Assembly: GCA_001769655.1 (NCBI GenBank)
Contig: MEPC01000042.1
Coordinates: forward strand, 164,277 to 228,276
From: Bacteroidetes bacterium RIFCSPLOWO2_12_FULL_37_12
Lineage (GTDB): Bacteria > Bacteroidota > Bacteroidia > 2-12-FULL-37-12
Direction of reading: 5' to 3'
DNA length: 64,000 nucleotides
Positions 29,777-39,301 of this stretch are shown here, in pieces (the stretch's first letter is position 1; every line of letters starts with the position of its first letter). Under the pieces are notes generated by a model that was not told where the DNA came from, ran no database searches, and worked only from the letters and a program-made list of their open reading frames with translations. A program made the position numbers and the translations under genes.

Positions 29777-30760
29777 TCAAGCCAGTGGCACTGATTGTGT
29801 AAGCTGATTTGTTTTCAGGGCATCTCTCACCCATCTTCCGTGCTCTTCCGCCCACATTCTCACTTTTAACCGTTCTTTATTACAGGGACCATTTCCATTG
29901 ATAACCTGCCAGAAAGTTTCCCAGTTTGGTTCGGTATATTCCCATTTGTTGGTTTCTGTATTTTTTTTCAATTTAGGGTCAGGTAACGTAAGACCTAATT
30001 CCCAGATTTTTGGTACGTATGTATTCAAAAATTCCTGGCGCATATCATCATTGCTTGCCATTTTTACTTTCCATTTCATAAGTTTTTCTGAATGTACCGA
30101 TGCTTTATCCGGAGGACCGAAGAAGTGCATGATGGGTTCCCACCAACGGTTCAATGCATCCTGCAACATCTCTCGTTGTACAAAAGTTCCGGTAGCAAGA
30201 AAAACTAACCCTTCGTGCCCTTGTTTCAAATGAAACGATTCTTCATAACAAATCCGTTCGAGGGCTCTGCAATAAGGCGCATAAGAACCTTTTGAGTTTG
30301 TTATCTGATTAATAATAGCACCTGCATCAATAAGAAATCCAATGACAGTGACATCAGCCCAGGTTTCGGCAGGATAGTTAAAAACGTTGGAGTATTTTGA
30401 CTTTCCATTCAATAAATCATTAATCATGTTTTCACGGGATTTCCCAAGCGTTTCTGCCGCACTGTATAATAATTGCCCGTGACCAATTTCATCCTGAACT
30501 TTTGCTATAAGCGCTAATTTTCGTTTGAATCCAGGAGCTCGTGTAATCCAGGTTCCTTCGGGTAATGCTCCAATAATTTCAGAATGTGCATGTTGTTCTA
30601 TTAATCGAATCAATTGCCGCCTGTAATCAAAAGGCATCCAATCGCGGGGCTCTATCTTTTCACCCCGCGCGATTCTTTCTTCGAACAACAAAAGCTTTTC
30701 AGGATCATCATTTACCTGATTGTCCTGTAGTTTATCAAAAATATATCCTCCTCCGTACAT
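29777..30760 (-). CDS. paaA: Phenylacetyl-CoA epoxidase catalytic subunit PaaA
   Basis: [27 protein letters not shown], and the EESFH di-iron motif. Confidence 0.97.
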   Translation of the reverse strand: MYGGGYIFDKLQDNQVNDDPEKLLLFEERIARGEKIEPRDWMPFDYRRQLIRLIEQHAHSEIIGALPEGTWITRAPGFKRKLALIAKVQDEIGHGQLLYSAAETLGKSRENMINDLLNGKSKYSNVFNYPAETWADVTVIGFLIDAGAIINQITNSKGSYAPYCRALERICYEESFHLKQGHEGLVFLATGTFVQREMLQDALNRWWEPIMHFFGPPDKASVHSEKLMKWKVKMASNDDMRQEFLNTYVPKIWELGLTLPDPKLKKNTETNKWEYTEPNWETFWQVINGNGPCNKERLKVRMWAEEHGRWVRDALKTNQLTQSVPLA

Positions 30761-30770
30761 TGTGATTGAA

Positions 30771-30847
30771 TTTTCTATTTTCTATTTTCTATCTTCTATT
30801 TTCTATTTTCTATCTTCTATCTTCTATTTTCTATCTTCTATCTTCTA
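30771..30847. repeat. 11 x 7-bp array (ttttcta/tcttcta)
   Basis: Counted directly; fills the spacer upstream of paaA. Confidence 0.95.
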
Positions 30848-30848
30848 A

Positions 30849-31538
30849 TTAATACTGTGAAATATCTATCGTAATGGTCTTCTTCTCATCATCCGAAGGC
30901 ATTATAAAACAAACTCTTACGAATAATTCACCGGTAGTTTTTTTCTCAAAGTATGTTTCTATGCGGTATTCGCTGGGTTTGTATAATTCAAAGTTATGAT
31001 AATTCTCTGGAGAATATTTGTAGCTGTCCCAACTTACTACTTTACCCCGTATGTATTTATATGGAAGTAAATAATCAAGATTTAATTGTTCTTCGATGTG
31101 TTTACGGATGCTATTTAACGAACGATGTGGCCATCCTTCTATGTCAAGATAGGGATGAATGGCTTTTTCATTGTTAAAAAAAACTTCGGGATTCGATTTA
31201 TTCCGTTTAAAATATCTTTCTTCCATACGATGTTCGGAAGACATAGTACTGAATTCTTCTATGATAAATACTGCCTGTGTGCTGTCTGAACTTAGTAATG
31301 AATCAAGTCGTAAGCGACACTGATTTCTAACCCTGTTTGAGCGAATATCATAAAATACGTTTTTGTCTCTTTGCGTTAGAATTTCCGATGCGCCTGATTC
31401 AAGAATAGTATTATACACCAATTCGGTTTCTGATGTCCACCTCGACCAGGGCGTTTGTGAGAATATCCTACCGGTGCAACTAACTAATAAAAAAAATATT
31501 GAAAGAGTTGTAAAAAAAAATCTCTGATGCTTATACAT
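30849..31538 (-). CDS. Hypothetical exported protein or lipoprotein
   Basis: 229-aa ORF with a hydrophobic N-terminus (LVSC); -7 box at 31573..31580. Confidence 0.6.
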   Translation of the reverse strand: MYKHQRFFFTTLSIFFLLVSCTGRIFSQTPWSRWTSETELVYNTILESGASEILTQRDKNVFYDIRSNRVRNQCRLRLDSLLSSDSTQAVFIIEEFSTMSSEHRMEERYFKRNKSNPEVFFNNEKAIHPYLDIEGWPHRSLNSIRKHIEEQLNLDYLLPYKYIRGKVVSWDSYKYSPENYHNFELYKPSEYRIETYFEKKTTGELFVRVCFIMPSDDEKKTITIDISQY

Positions 31539-31635
31539 AATAAAGATACTGAAAAACGTTACTAAATTACTGCAAATATATTATAAATACTCATGCTAAG
31601 GTTATAAAGGTATTGCCCCTATACCCCTATACCCT

Positions 31636-32457
31636 CTAAAGCATGAAAGTAGGGCACTTGGGCCAATAGAAAATATATGAAAGACCTACGCTGAGAAAAT
31701 AATACCAATCATCTTTTTTCGGATTACCACGCTGGGAGCCATCCGGGTTTGTAAAATTTTCATACTCCGGTAATTCATTACTTCTGTCAGCAAGGTATCG
31801 TGCCGGATCACCTAATCCGCTGTTATTGTAATAAAATCCACTCACATCGTCGAGGTAATCGGTAAATGTTTTACGTGCACCCATTTCAATATTCAAATTG
31901 ATACGGGTGGATACGCTGTATTTAAAACCGATACCAAACGGTATGCAAGTTCCGGAAAGCGAGTAAGGACGTTTCAAGTTTCCCGGCTGTTCCTGACCTT
32001 CTGTTTTTAATTCCTGTAATTCCACCCATTTTCCATTATATTCTGCTGTGGGATTATGGTGAAAATAAGCAAGTCCCACAAATAAAAAAGGGCTGAAACT
32101 CCATGTATTTTTTCCGTTCTTAAATTCTAAAAAATTATATTGGTATTGTACACCTGATTCAATTATCAATGACCGGAAGTGTAAATTTCTTCTTACCCTG
32201 AACGGCTCATTAAACTGGTCATCAAAAGCTGTGATATAACCAGATAGGACGTTTGCCTTCACCGAATGTATATTGTTAAAATTATAAAGAACCATGATTT
32301 CACCTCCGGGTCTGAAAAACAAAGGATGTGGATAGGGCGAAAGGTCACCTGTATAATTTAACACACCGAGAGCGCCTCCCAGTTCTATTTCCTGTGAAAA
32401 TAATCTGAAAGAAATTAATAGGAGATAAAAAGAAAATGAGAAACGGATGTTGGACAT
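31636..32457 (-). CDS. DUF6089 / PorG-like outer-membrane beta-barrel
   Basis: NYTGDL, RNLHF, RKTFTDYLDDVS, RGNP..DDWY. Start at MSNIRF gives a TAATG overlap with the upstream paralog. Confidence 0.85.
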   Translation of the reverse strand: MSNIRFSFSFYLLLISFRLFSQEIELGGALGVLNYTGDLSPYPHPLFFRPGGEIMVLYNFNNIHSVKANVLSGYITAFDDQFNEPFRVRRNLHFRSLIIESGVQYQYNFLEFKNGKNTWSFSPFLFVGLAYFHHNPTAEYNGKWVELQELKTEGQEQPGNLKRPYSLSGTCIPFGIGFKYSVSTRINLNIEMGARKTFTDYLDDVSGFYYNNSGLGDPARYLADRSNELPEYENFTNPDGSQRGNPKKDDWYYFLSVGLSYIFYWPKCPTFML

Positions 32458-33359
32458 TATCTGAATTTCGGACATTTCACACCACCTGCCCTGTAAATAT
32501 AGGTAAAATGTAAACCTGTAAGAATATACCAATCATCATCAGTAGGATCTCCTCTTTGGTTATCAGGTAAATAACCGTTGGAAATATTGGGATCATTCCA
32601 TTCATTAGAACGGTCTGCTAATTTTGCGGCAACTGGACCGCTTTGTTTAACGATATCATCGGGCTGAGCATAAACAGTACTTACATCATCCAGGTAATCG
32701 GTAAAGGTTTTTCTCCATCCAATTTCGAAAGCAAGGTCCATGTGACTGTTGAGCTTGTACCTGTATCCTATCCCAAAAGGGAGACATATCTGAATCAACG
32801 CATATTTATCTGCGGCATAATTATCATAACCCAATGCGCCTAACCCTTGCCCTTCGGTGCCAAGGGGCTGTAAGTCGTACCAGGTACCATTGAGTTGCGC
32901 TTGTGGATTAAATTTGAATACGCCAATTCCTCCAAACATATAAGGAGTATAAATTTGCCTTTTGGTCCATACTCCTGAATTCTCAAAAAAATCAATAATA
33001 ATATGACCACTCAATTCCACCACGTACGACTTAAATGAAAGATTCCTGTAAAAACGGGCTTCATCACGGGAATTCGCGTCTTTTCCGTGAACATTTGTGT
33101 AGGATATCTGCCCTCTGAGAGTAACCTGAGGACCATAGCGGTAGTTATAAGTTCCCCCAACATAATAATCCGTTTCCTGAACAGTTCTGAAATTAGCATC
33201 CAGGTCGCCAACATAATTGCTGGCTCCGGCTGTAAACCCGTAAGATGTATAGCGCTTCTTTTTAAAACTCTGAGCAGAAACCGGTGAGGAAAACACCCAA
33301 TAAATAATAAGGATAACCAGTAGGTAACCAGATACTTTATATAAAACACTTTTTCTCAT
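32457..33359 (-). CDS. DUF6089 / PorG-like outer-membrane beta-barrel
   Basis: NYVGDL, RNLSF, LGTEGQG, RKTFTDYLDDVS; -7 box at 33398..33405. Confidence 0.85.
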   Translation of the reverse strand: MRKSVLYKVSGYLLVILIIYWVFSSPVSAQSFKKKRYTSYGFTAGASNYVGDLDANFRTVQETDYYVGGTYNYRYGPQVTLRGQISYTNVHGKDANSRDEARFYRNLSFKSYVVELSGHIIIDFFENSGVWTKRQIYTPYMFGGIGVFKFNPQAQLNGTWYDLQPLGTEGQGLGALGYDNYAADKYALIQICLPFGIGYRYKLNSHMDLAFEIGWRKTFTDYLDDVSTVYAQPDDIVKQSGPVAAKLADRSNEWNDPNISNGYLPDNQRGDPTDDDWYILTGLHFTYIYRAGGVKCPKFR

Positions 33360-33436
33360 AAAACAAAATTTCACTTAAAAAATCACTATAGGTTAAGCAA
33401 AGATAATAAATATTTTGAAAAAAACAAGTGATTCAA

Positions 33437-33488
33437 CCCTTATACCTCTATACCCTTATACCCCTATACCTCTATACCCTTATCCCCC
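33437..33488. repeat. About 6 x 8-bp array (tatacc[ct][ct]) overlapping the PNP stop codon
   Basis: Read directly; shorter relatives near 7523 and 31617. Confidence 0.85.
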
Positions 33489-34292
33489 AATACCTTCAAT
33501 CAACTCCCTGAAAATTATTGTCATCTTGGGTGCCGCACTGTTTGCCGCCTCCAGCACCTCTTCATGCGTAACTTTTACAGACACATCGGGTGATGAAACA
33601 TCTGTAATAATGGATAACCCAAAACATGCAATACCTCTATGCCTTGCCGCTATTACTTCCGGAATCGTTGACATTCCGATGACATCTGCTCCGATTACTT
33701 TTAAAAATCTAATTTCAGCCCTCGTTTCAAAGCAAGGACCGGATACCGCGGCATATACTCCTGTTTTTATAGGAATGTTATTTTTTTGTGCTATTTCTTT
33801 TGCTTTTTTAATCAAGATTGGATCATAAGGAGCACTCATATCCGGAAATCGGGGTCCCCACTCATCGTGATTGGGACCAATCAATGGATTGCTCCAGATT
33901 AAATTAATATGGTCTTCAATTATCATCAGGTCACCAATACGATAATCCGGGTTTACCCCGCCACAGGCATTCGATAATAAAAGTGTATGGATTCCTAATT
34001 CTTTCATTACCTGCACCGGATACGTAATCACTTTCATAGAATATCCTTCATAATAATGAAATCTTCCCTGCATGGCGACCACTTTTTTGCCTCCCAGAAA
34101 TCCAAAAATTAATTTCCCGGAATGTCCTTTCACTGTTGAAACGGGAAAATCAGGTATGGAAGTATAATCTATTTGCTGAGTTTTTTTCAATTCTTCACCT
34201 AAACTGCCCAAACCGGAGCCGAGAATTATTCCGATTTCAGGCACAAAATCAGTGACTGATCTTATATAAGAAATTGTCTTTTTGATATCCAT
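33480..34292 (-). CDS. punA: Purine-nucleoside phosphorylase (trimeric PunA/XapA type)
   Basis: IILGSGLG, MQGRFHYYEG, GPCFETRAE, GMSTIPE. Confidence 0.95.
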   Translation of the reverse strand: MDIKKTISYIRSVTDFVPEIGIILGSGLGSLGEELKKTQQIDYTSIPDFPVSTVKGHSGKLIFGFLGGKKVVAMQGRFHYYEGYSMKVITYPVQVMKELGIHTLLLSNACGGVNPDYRIGDLMIIEDHINLIWSNPLIGPNHDEWGPRFPDMSAPYDPILIKKAKEIAQKNNIPIKTGVYAAVSGPCFETRAEIRFLKVIGADVIGMSTIPEVIAARHRGIACFGLSIITDVSSPDVSVKVTHEEVLEAANSAAPKMTIIFRELIEGIGG

Positions 34293-34333
34293 TTTCTGTT
34301 ACTGTTCAGTCCAAAATGAAAAAATAAAATTTT

Positions 34334-34401
34334 GCCACTGATTACACGGATTAATGTTATAAAAAATCTTAAAATCGTATTTAATCAGTGTAATCAGTGG
34401 C
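34334..34401. repeat. Inverted repeat GCCACTGATTACACGGATTAA...TTAATCAGTGTAATCAGTGGC
   Basis: 21-bp arms with one mismatch, in the punA leader region. Confidence 0.85.
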
Positions 34402-34521
34402 TAAATTTTTTTTCTTGTTCAATTAGTGGTTTAATTAATTTGGATACTGAACAGTACCCATTTTCTTTAAAAAACGCAAAGTTAATAGTTTTATTGTTAA
34501 TATTGTTTTTTTTGATTATCA

Positions 34522-35733
34522 ATGCCACGCGTTCTTCGCATTATTAATCGCTTAAACCTGGGGGGACCCACGTACAATGCGGTTTACCTGACCAAATATT
34601 TAGCGCCGGAATATGAAACAATGTTGCTGGCGGGTATGAAAGATGAGTCAGAAGCATCTTCCGCTTTCATTGCAGAACAGGAAGGAGTGCCATTTCAATA
34701 TATATCTACCATGCACAGACATGTCAATCTTTGGAACGATTGGCAGGCATATAAACACATAAAAAAAATTATTCTCCAATTTAAACCACATATAGTTCAT
34801 ACCCATGCCGCCAAAGCCGGAATTCTGGGAAGATGGGCGGCATTGTCGTGCAAGGTGCCGGTTATAATTCATACTTTCCACGGACATGTTTTTCACTCGT
34901 ATTTTAATTCGTTGACCTCCCGTTTTATCATTGAAGTTGAAAAATATTTTGCCCGAAAATGTTCATCCATTATTGCCTTATCCGATAATCAGAAAGTCGA
35001 ATTGCTTAGTGTATTAAAAATACCGGATAAAAAGATTTGCACAATACCGTTGGGATTTAACATGGAACGATTCAACATAAAGCAGGAGGAGAAAAGAATA
35101 AAATTCAGAAAACGTTTTATGCTCGGTGAAAATGACATTGCTATTGGAGTGGTTGGGCGAATGGTTCCTGTAAAAAATCTGGAATTCTTTGTGGATGTTA
35201 TTGCAAAATTATTACAGGAAACCAAGAGAAATTTCAACGTGTTTATGGTTGGAGATGGGGAGTCGAAAAACAACATTTTATATAAGATAAAACAATACGG
35301 ACTTTCTTATTCAGAGATGATGGAGGGTGATTGCAAAAATGTAAATTTTATTTTTACTTCCTGGGATAAAAAAATTGACGAAGTAATGGCAGGATTAGAC
35401 CTGGTTTCATTATGTTCTTTAAATGAAGGCACACCGGTTAGCATCATAGAAGCACAAACTGCCGGCAAACCGGTGATTAGCACAAATGTCGGTGGTGTTG
35501 AAGATATTATAGCTGATGGTAAAACAGGATTATTATCAGAAGTCAACAATAGAAAAATGTTTGTTCAACAATTAAAAACACTGATTGAAAATGATGAACT
35601 TAGAAAAAATATGGGGATTCAAGCTAAAGAAAATATTGGTCAGCGATTTAATTATTTACGTTTGGTAAAAGACACTAAATTGTTATATGACAACCTTTTA
35701 TCACAAAAAACGTTTGACGGGGGTTACGAGTAA
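34522..35733 (+). CDS. Glycosyltransferase family 4 (GT-B fold)
   Basis: RLNLGGP, HTHAAKAG, SLNEGTPVSIIEA...TNVGG. Confidence 0.93.
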   Translation: MPRVLRIINRLNLGGPTYNAVYLTKYLAPEYETMLLAGMKDESEASSAFIAEQEGVPFQYISTMHRHVNLWNDWQAYKHIKKIILQFKPHIVHTHAAKAGILGRWAALSCKVPVIIHTFHGHVFHSYFNSLTSRFIIEVEKYFARKCSSIIALSDNQKVELLSVLKIPDKKICTIPLGFNMERFNIKQEEKRIKFRKRFMLGENDIAIGVVGRMVPVKNLEFFVDVIAKLLQETKRNFNVFMVGDGESKNNILYKIKQYGLSYSEMMEGDCKNVNFIFTSWDKKIDEVMAGLDLVSLCSLNEGTPVSIIEAQTAGKPVISTNVGGVEDIIADGKTGLLSEVNNRKMFVQQLKTLIENDELRKNMGIQAKENIGQRFNYLRLVKDTKLLYDNLLSQKTFDGGYE

Positions 35734-35771
35734 TTTCTTATATTTTCTATTTTATATTTGCTATTTTCTAT

Positions 35772-36620
35772 TTGATATCCATCGTGAGCTCACTAAAAAA
35801 AATCCTATTTCTAATCTTCATTTCTATACAGCTCTTCTCTTGCCGTATCGGAAAACAAAACGTACTTTTCAGAATCACCCCCGAACAAGCCACCTATCTG
35901 GAAAAAGAACGGAAAGAAAAACCGGTACCAGATAGTAATCCTGACTATATTGTCAGAACCGGAGATATGATAACCATTTATCTGATGAATAACGACTATA
36001 ACTATATGGGCGGTGGTCCTGGTTTAAAAGGAGGACAGGGTTTGGGGGTGGGGGTGGGCGGTGGCATGCAAAATCAAACAGGCGCATCCGGAGGAAATTC
36101 TAAAAGTGCAATAGACATTTATGAGTATCTTGTCGAATCAGACGGAATGGTAAGAATTCCCTTGGCTGGATTGGTTAAATTAGATGGATTGACACTCAGG
36201 CAGGCATCAGGATTGCTCGAAGAAAAATATGCTGACTATTATAAAAACATTTATGTAATCTTAAAAGTGTTAAACCGCAGGGTATTTATTTTAGGCGAAA
36301 CAGGACAAACCGTTTTTTATCTTAAAAATGAGAAAACCACACTGATTGAACTTCTTACCGAAACAAAAGGAATTTCTCAGGAAGGTAAAGCCTATAATAT
36401 CCGTATTATCAGAGGTGACTTGAAAAATCCACAAGTTTTTCTGGTTGACCTGACAACCATTGATGGTCTTAAAAAACAAGACCTTGTTCTTAAAGAAAAT
36501 GATATCGTTTATATTGAACCCGTTAAGAAAATTACTATAGAAGCGGTTAAAGAAATTGAACCAATCATTAGTTTGCTTACCTCATTTCTTTTGGTTTGGG
36601 GAATATTTTTTAGAAATTAG
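35772..36620 (+). CDS. wza: Polysaccharide export outer-membrane lipoprotein (Wza-like)
   Basis: Lipobox LFSC, Poly_export motif Y.V..DG.V.IPL.G.V...GLTL, SLBB motif L..NDIVYIEP. Confidence 0.88.
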   Translation: MISIVSSLKKILFLIFISIQLFSCRIGKQNVLFRITPEQATYLEKERKEKPVPDSNPDYIVRTGDMITIYLMNNDYNYMGGGPGLKGGQGLGVGVGGGMQNQTGASGGNSKSAIDIYEYLVESDGMVRIPLAGLVKLDGLTLRQASGLLEEKYADYYKNIYVILKVLNRRVFILGETGQTVFYLKNEKTTLIELLTETKGISQEGKAYNIRIIRGDLKNPQVFLVDLTTIDGLKKQDLVLKENDIVYIEPVKKITIEAVKEIEPIISLLTSFLLVWGIFFRN

Positions 36621-36645
36621 GTAGTTTTCATTTGACGGATTTCTT

Positions 36646-36680
36646 GCCCCTCTCCATTTTGGAGAGGGGTTGGGGTGAGG
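36646..36680 (+). repeat. REP-like element CCCCTCTCC-N5-GGAGAGGGG-TTGGGGTGAGG, copy 1
   Basis: GC-rich hairpin plus tail; an inverted copy is at 39243..39279. Confidence 0.85.
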
Positions 36681-36771
36681 TCTTTAAGAAAGTGTTAAAT
36701 TTATCCTTAAGTTGACGGCTTTAGGGGTATAAATGCATTTGTCATTCCATTAATTCATTTATAAATCAATC

Positions 36772-39222
36772 ATGGCAGAAGAAAACAGCAACGGAGTATC
36801 TCAGGTGCAAAAGCCAAATCCGGCTCAGGAAATAGATTTTATTCTTCTGCTTAACATCGCCATACGCACCATTCCTGTCATTTTTTTTCTAATCATCGCA
36901 GGATTTATTTTTTCCTGGATTTACCTTCGTTATACGCAAGTGGTTTATCGCTCATCCTGTCTTTTACAAATAGAAACCATTACCACCACCAGTTTTGTGG
37001 GATTAAAAGGAACGGAAAATAATTTATCCAGGGAATTAGAACTCATAAAATCAAAATACATTATTGAGGAAGCAGTTAGACGAAGTAACTGGGATGTTAG
37101 CTATTTTTCGGTGGGTAAAATTCAAAACACTGAACTTTATCTTAGCTCTCCATTTAAAGTAAAATACCTACTTTATGATAATTCAATTTATGAACGCGAA
37201 TTTCATGTCGAATTTCTTGATAGCGAACATTTCAGATTATATTTTCAAGAAGAGGATGCCCGCTGGGAAATCAGCGCTAAATTTGGTGAGCCGGTTAAAG
37301 ATAAACGGTTTGAGTTTACCTTCGAAAAAACGCATATCCCAGCAATACCCGGTAACGAATATTTTTTCTTATTAAAGCCGGTGGATGAAGTCGTTGAAGA
37401 TGTGACAAGCCGCATTGGAGCCGGTGTCGTAAATGCCGATGCCAAAACCGTTAAAATTAATTATGATGACCATGTTTTTGAACGAACCGTTGATTTTGTC
37501 AATACGGTAGCCCATGTTTATATTGACAAGGAAATGGAGCAAAAAACAAAAGCCACTGAACAATCTCTGAAATTTATTACCGACCAGTTAAAAATTGTAG
37601 AAAAAGAAGTTCAGGATGCAGAGGCATCCCTGCAAATATTTAAACGACAAAATAAAATTATAGACCCCGACTTGCGTTTATCGGTTATACCAAAAACACA
37701 AGTACAAAACCAGGATGCCCAAAAAGCTCAATTAGAATTAAAATTAAAAAGCATAGGTACGCTGATAGAATACCTTAAATCCGGTAAAGATATTGGGATG
37801 ATTATACCCGCTTTGTCCGATTATTCCGGTGAAAACATGCCGGTTCAGCTTTTGCAGGAATTAAGCAATCTTCAAAAAAGAAAACAGGAACTTTCTTCCT
37901 ATCTCACCGAAAACCATCATACCATCCTGGAATTAAATAAAGATATTACTTCTCTGAATGCTTCCCTTATGCGCTCTGTAGAAGAACTTCAGAAAAATAT
38001 TATAATTAAGCGATCTGAAATTGATAAAGTTGATGCCACTGAAACATTTCAACAAGAAGAAAACAATTTATCTGCTAGCGAAACGGAGTTTATGCGCCTG
38101 AAACGGAAATTTTCAGTAGCACAAAGCATCTACGAATTACTACTTGAAAAAGAAGCGCAACTGGCTATCAATAAATCAGGGATTACTTCCAACACCATGA
38201 TGCTGGAAATCGCCAAATCAGGGTGGCAACTTTATCCCGATAATTTATTGGTTTACTCCATGGGACCTGCCATCGGTATTCTTCTGGGCTTTCTGATAGT
38301 AGTTATCCGTTACTTAATGAATGACACCGTAAACAGCCGGAACGATGTGGAACGTTTAACTAAACTTCCTATTGTGGGTTTGGTAACCAAAGCCAGAAAA
38401 GAAAGTCAGTCGGCATTCCTGTATGTGATCGATCATCCAAAATCATTGCTTGCCGAATCATTGAGAGCCATCCGTTCAAACCTTGATTTTATAGCCGGCG
38501 ACGAAACCTGCAAAGTGGTTTCAATTAGTTCTACTGTAAGTAAGGAAGGAAAAACGTTTATCGCCGCCAATCTGAGTGCCGTTATTGCTATGGCAGAGAA
38601 AAAAGTGGTCTGCCTTGATCTGGATTTACGAAGACCTAAGTTAAACCTTGCTTTCGGGTTAAATAATAACATAGGGATGAGTACATTATTGAGTCATCGC
38701 TGTTCGTTGGACGAAGCCATCATTCAAACTCAACTTGGGAACCTGAATGTAATCCCCTCCGGTCCTATCCCACCGAACCCCTCCGAGCTGATACTTTCTC
38801 AAAGATTTCAGGATGTACTTATTGAATTAAAAAAAAGGTATTCTGTCATCATCATTGACACACCACCGTTGGGTATGGTCACCGATGGAATGCATATATT
38901 CAGACATAGTCATATAGGAATGTATGTAGTAAGATTAGGGTTTACCAAACGCCAATTTCTAAACACGCTGAATATTCTGAAAAATGAGAATTTAAAAATT
39001 AATTTTGCATTGGTATTAAATGCGGTAGGATACGGTGGTTCTTCTTATGGGTACGGATATGGATATGGTTCCAGGTATGGATACGGTGGATATGGATATG
39101 GTTACGGATATGGATATGGTTACGGATATGGTTACGGAAACGGGGAGTCGAGTGGTTATTATACGGAAGAAGAAACTACCAAAACGGAAAAGAAAAACTG
39201 GCTTATAAAAATTTTTAAATAA
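36772..39222 (+). CDS. wzc: Polysaccharide co-polymerase / BY-kinase (Wzc-like)
   Basis: Two TM segments around a periplasmic coiled coil, ESLRAIRSNL, Walker A EGKT, DLDLRRP, IIIDTPP, Tyr-rich tail. Confidence 0.95.
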   Translation: MAEENSNGVSQVQKPNPAQEIDFILLLNIAIRTIPVIFFLIIAGFIFSWIYLRYTQVVYRSSCLLQIETITTTSFVGLKGTENNLSRELELIKSKYIIEEAVRRSNWDVSYFSVGKIQNTELYLSSPFKVKYLLYDNSIYEREFHVEFLDSEHFRLYFQEEDARWEISAKFGEPVKDKRFEFTFEKTHIPAIPGNEYFFLLKPVDEVVEDVTSRIGAGVVNADAKTVKINYDDHVFERTVDFVNTVAHVYIDKEMEQKTKATEQSLKFITDQLKIVEKEVQDAEASLQIFKRQNKIIDPDLRLSVIPKTQVQNQDAQKAQLELKLKSIGTLIEYLKSGKDIGMIIPALSDYSGENMPVQLLQELSNLQKRKQELSSYLTENHHTILELNKDITSLNASLMRSVEELQKNIIIKRSEIDKVDATETFQQEENNLSASETEFMRLKRKFSVAQSIYELLLEKEAQLAINKSGITSNTMMLEIAKSGWQLYPDNLLVYSMGPAIGILLGFLIVVIRYLMNDTVNSRNDVERLTKLPIVGLVTKARKESQSAFLYVIDHPKSLLAESLRAIRSNLDFIAGDETCKVVSISSTVSKEGKTFIAANLSAVIAMAEKKVVCLDLDLRRPKLNLAFGLNNNIGMSTLLSHRCSLDEAIIQTQLGNLNVIPSGPIPPNPSELILSQRFQDVLIELKKRYSVIIIDTPPLGMVTDGMHIFRHSHIGMYVVRLGFTKRQFLNTLNILKNENLKINFALVLNAVGYGGSSYGYGYGYGSRYGYGGYGYGYGYGYGYGYGYGNGESSGYYTEEETTKTEKKNWLIKIFK

Positions 39223-39242
39223 TGGTTCTTCTTTAAATCCAA

Positions 39243-39279
39243 CCTCACCCCAGCCCCTCTCCAAAAAAATGGAGAGGGG
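39243..39279 (-). repeat. REP-like element copy 2, inverted relative to 36646..36680
   Basis: CCTCACCCCAGCCCCTCTCC-AAAAAAAT-GGAGAGGGG. Confidence 0.85.
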
Positions 39280-39301
39280 TGAGAAATAAACAAAATTTTT
39301 T

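Noticed and set aside
33415-33828. 137-aa plus-strand ORF containing PLYPYTPIPLYP
   Set aside because: It is a product of the 8-bp array plus the antisense strand of punA.
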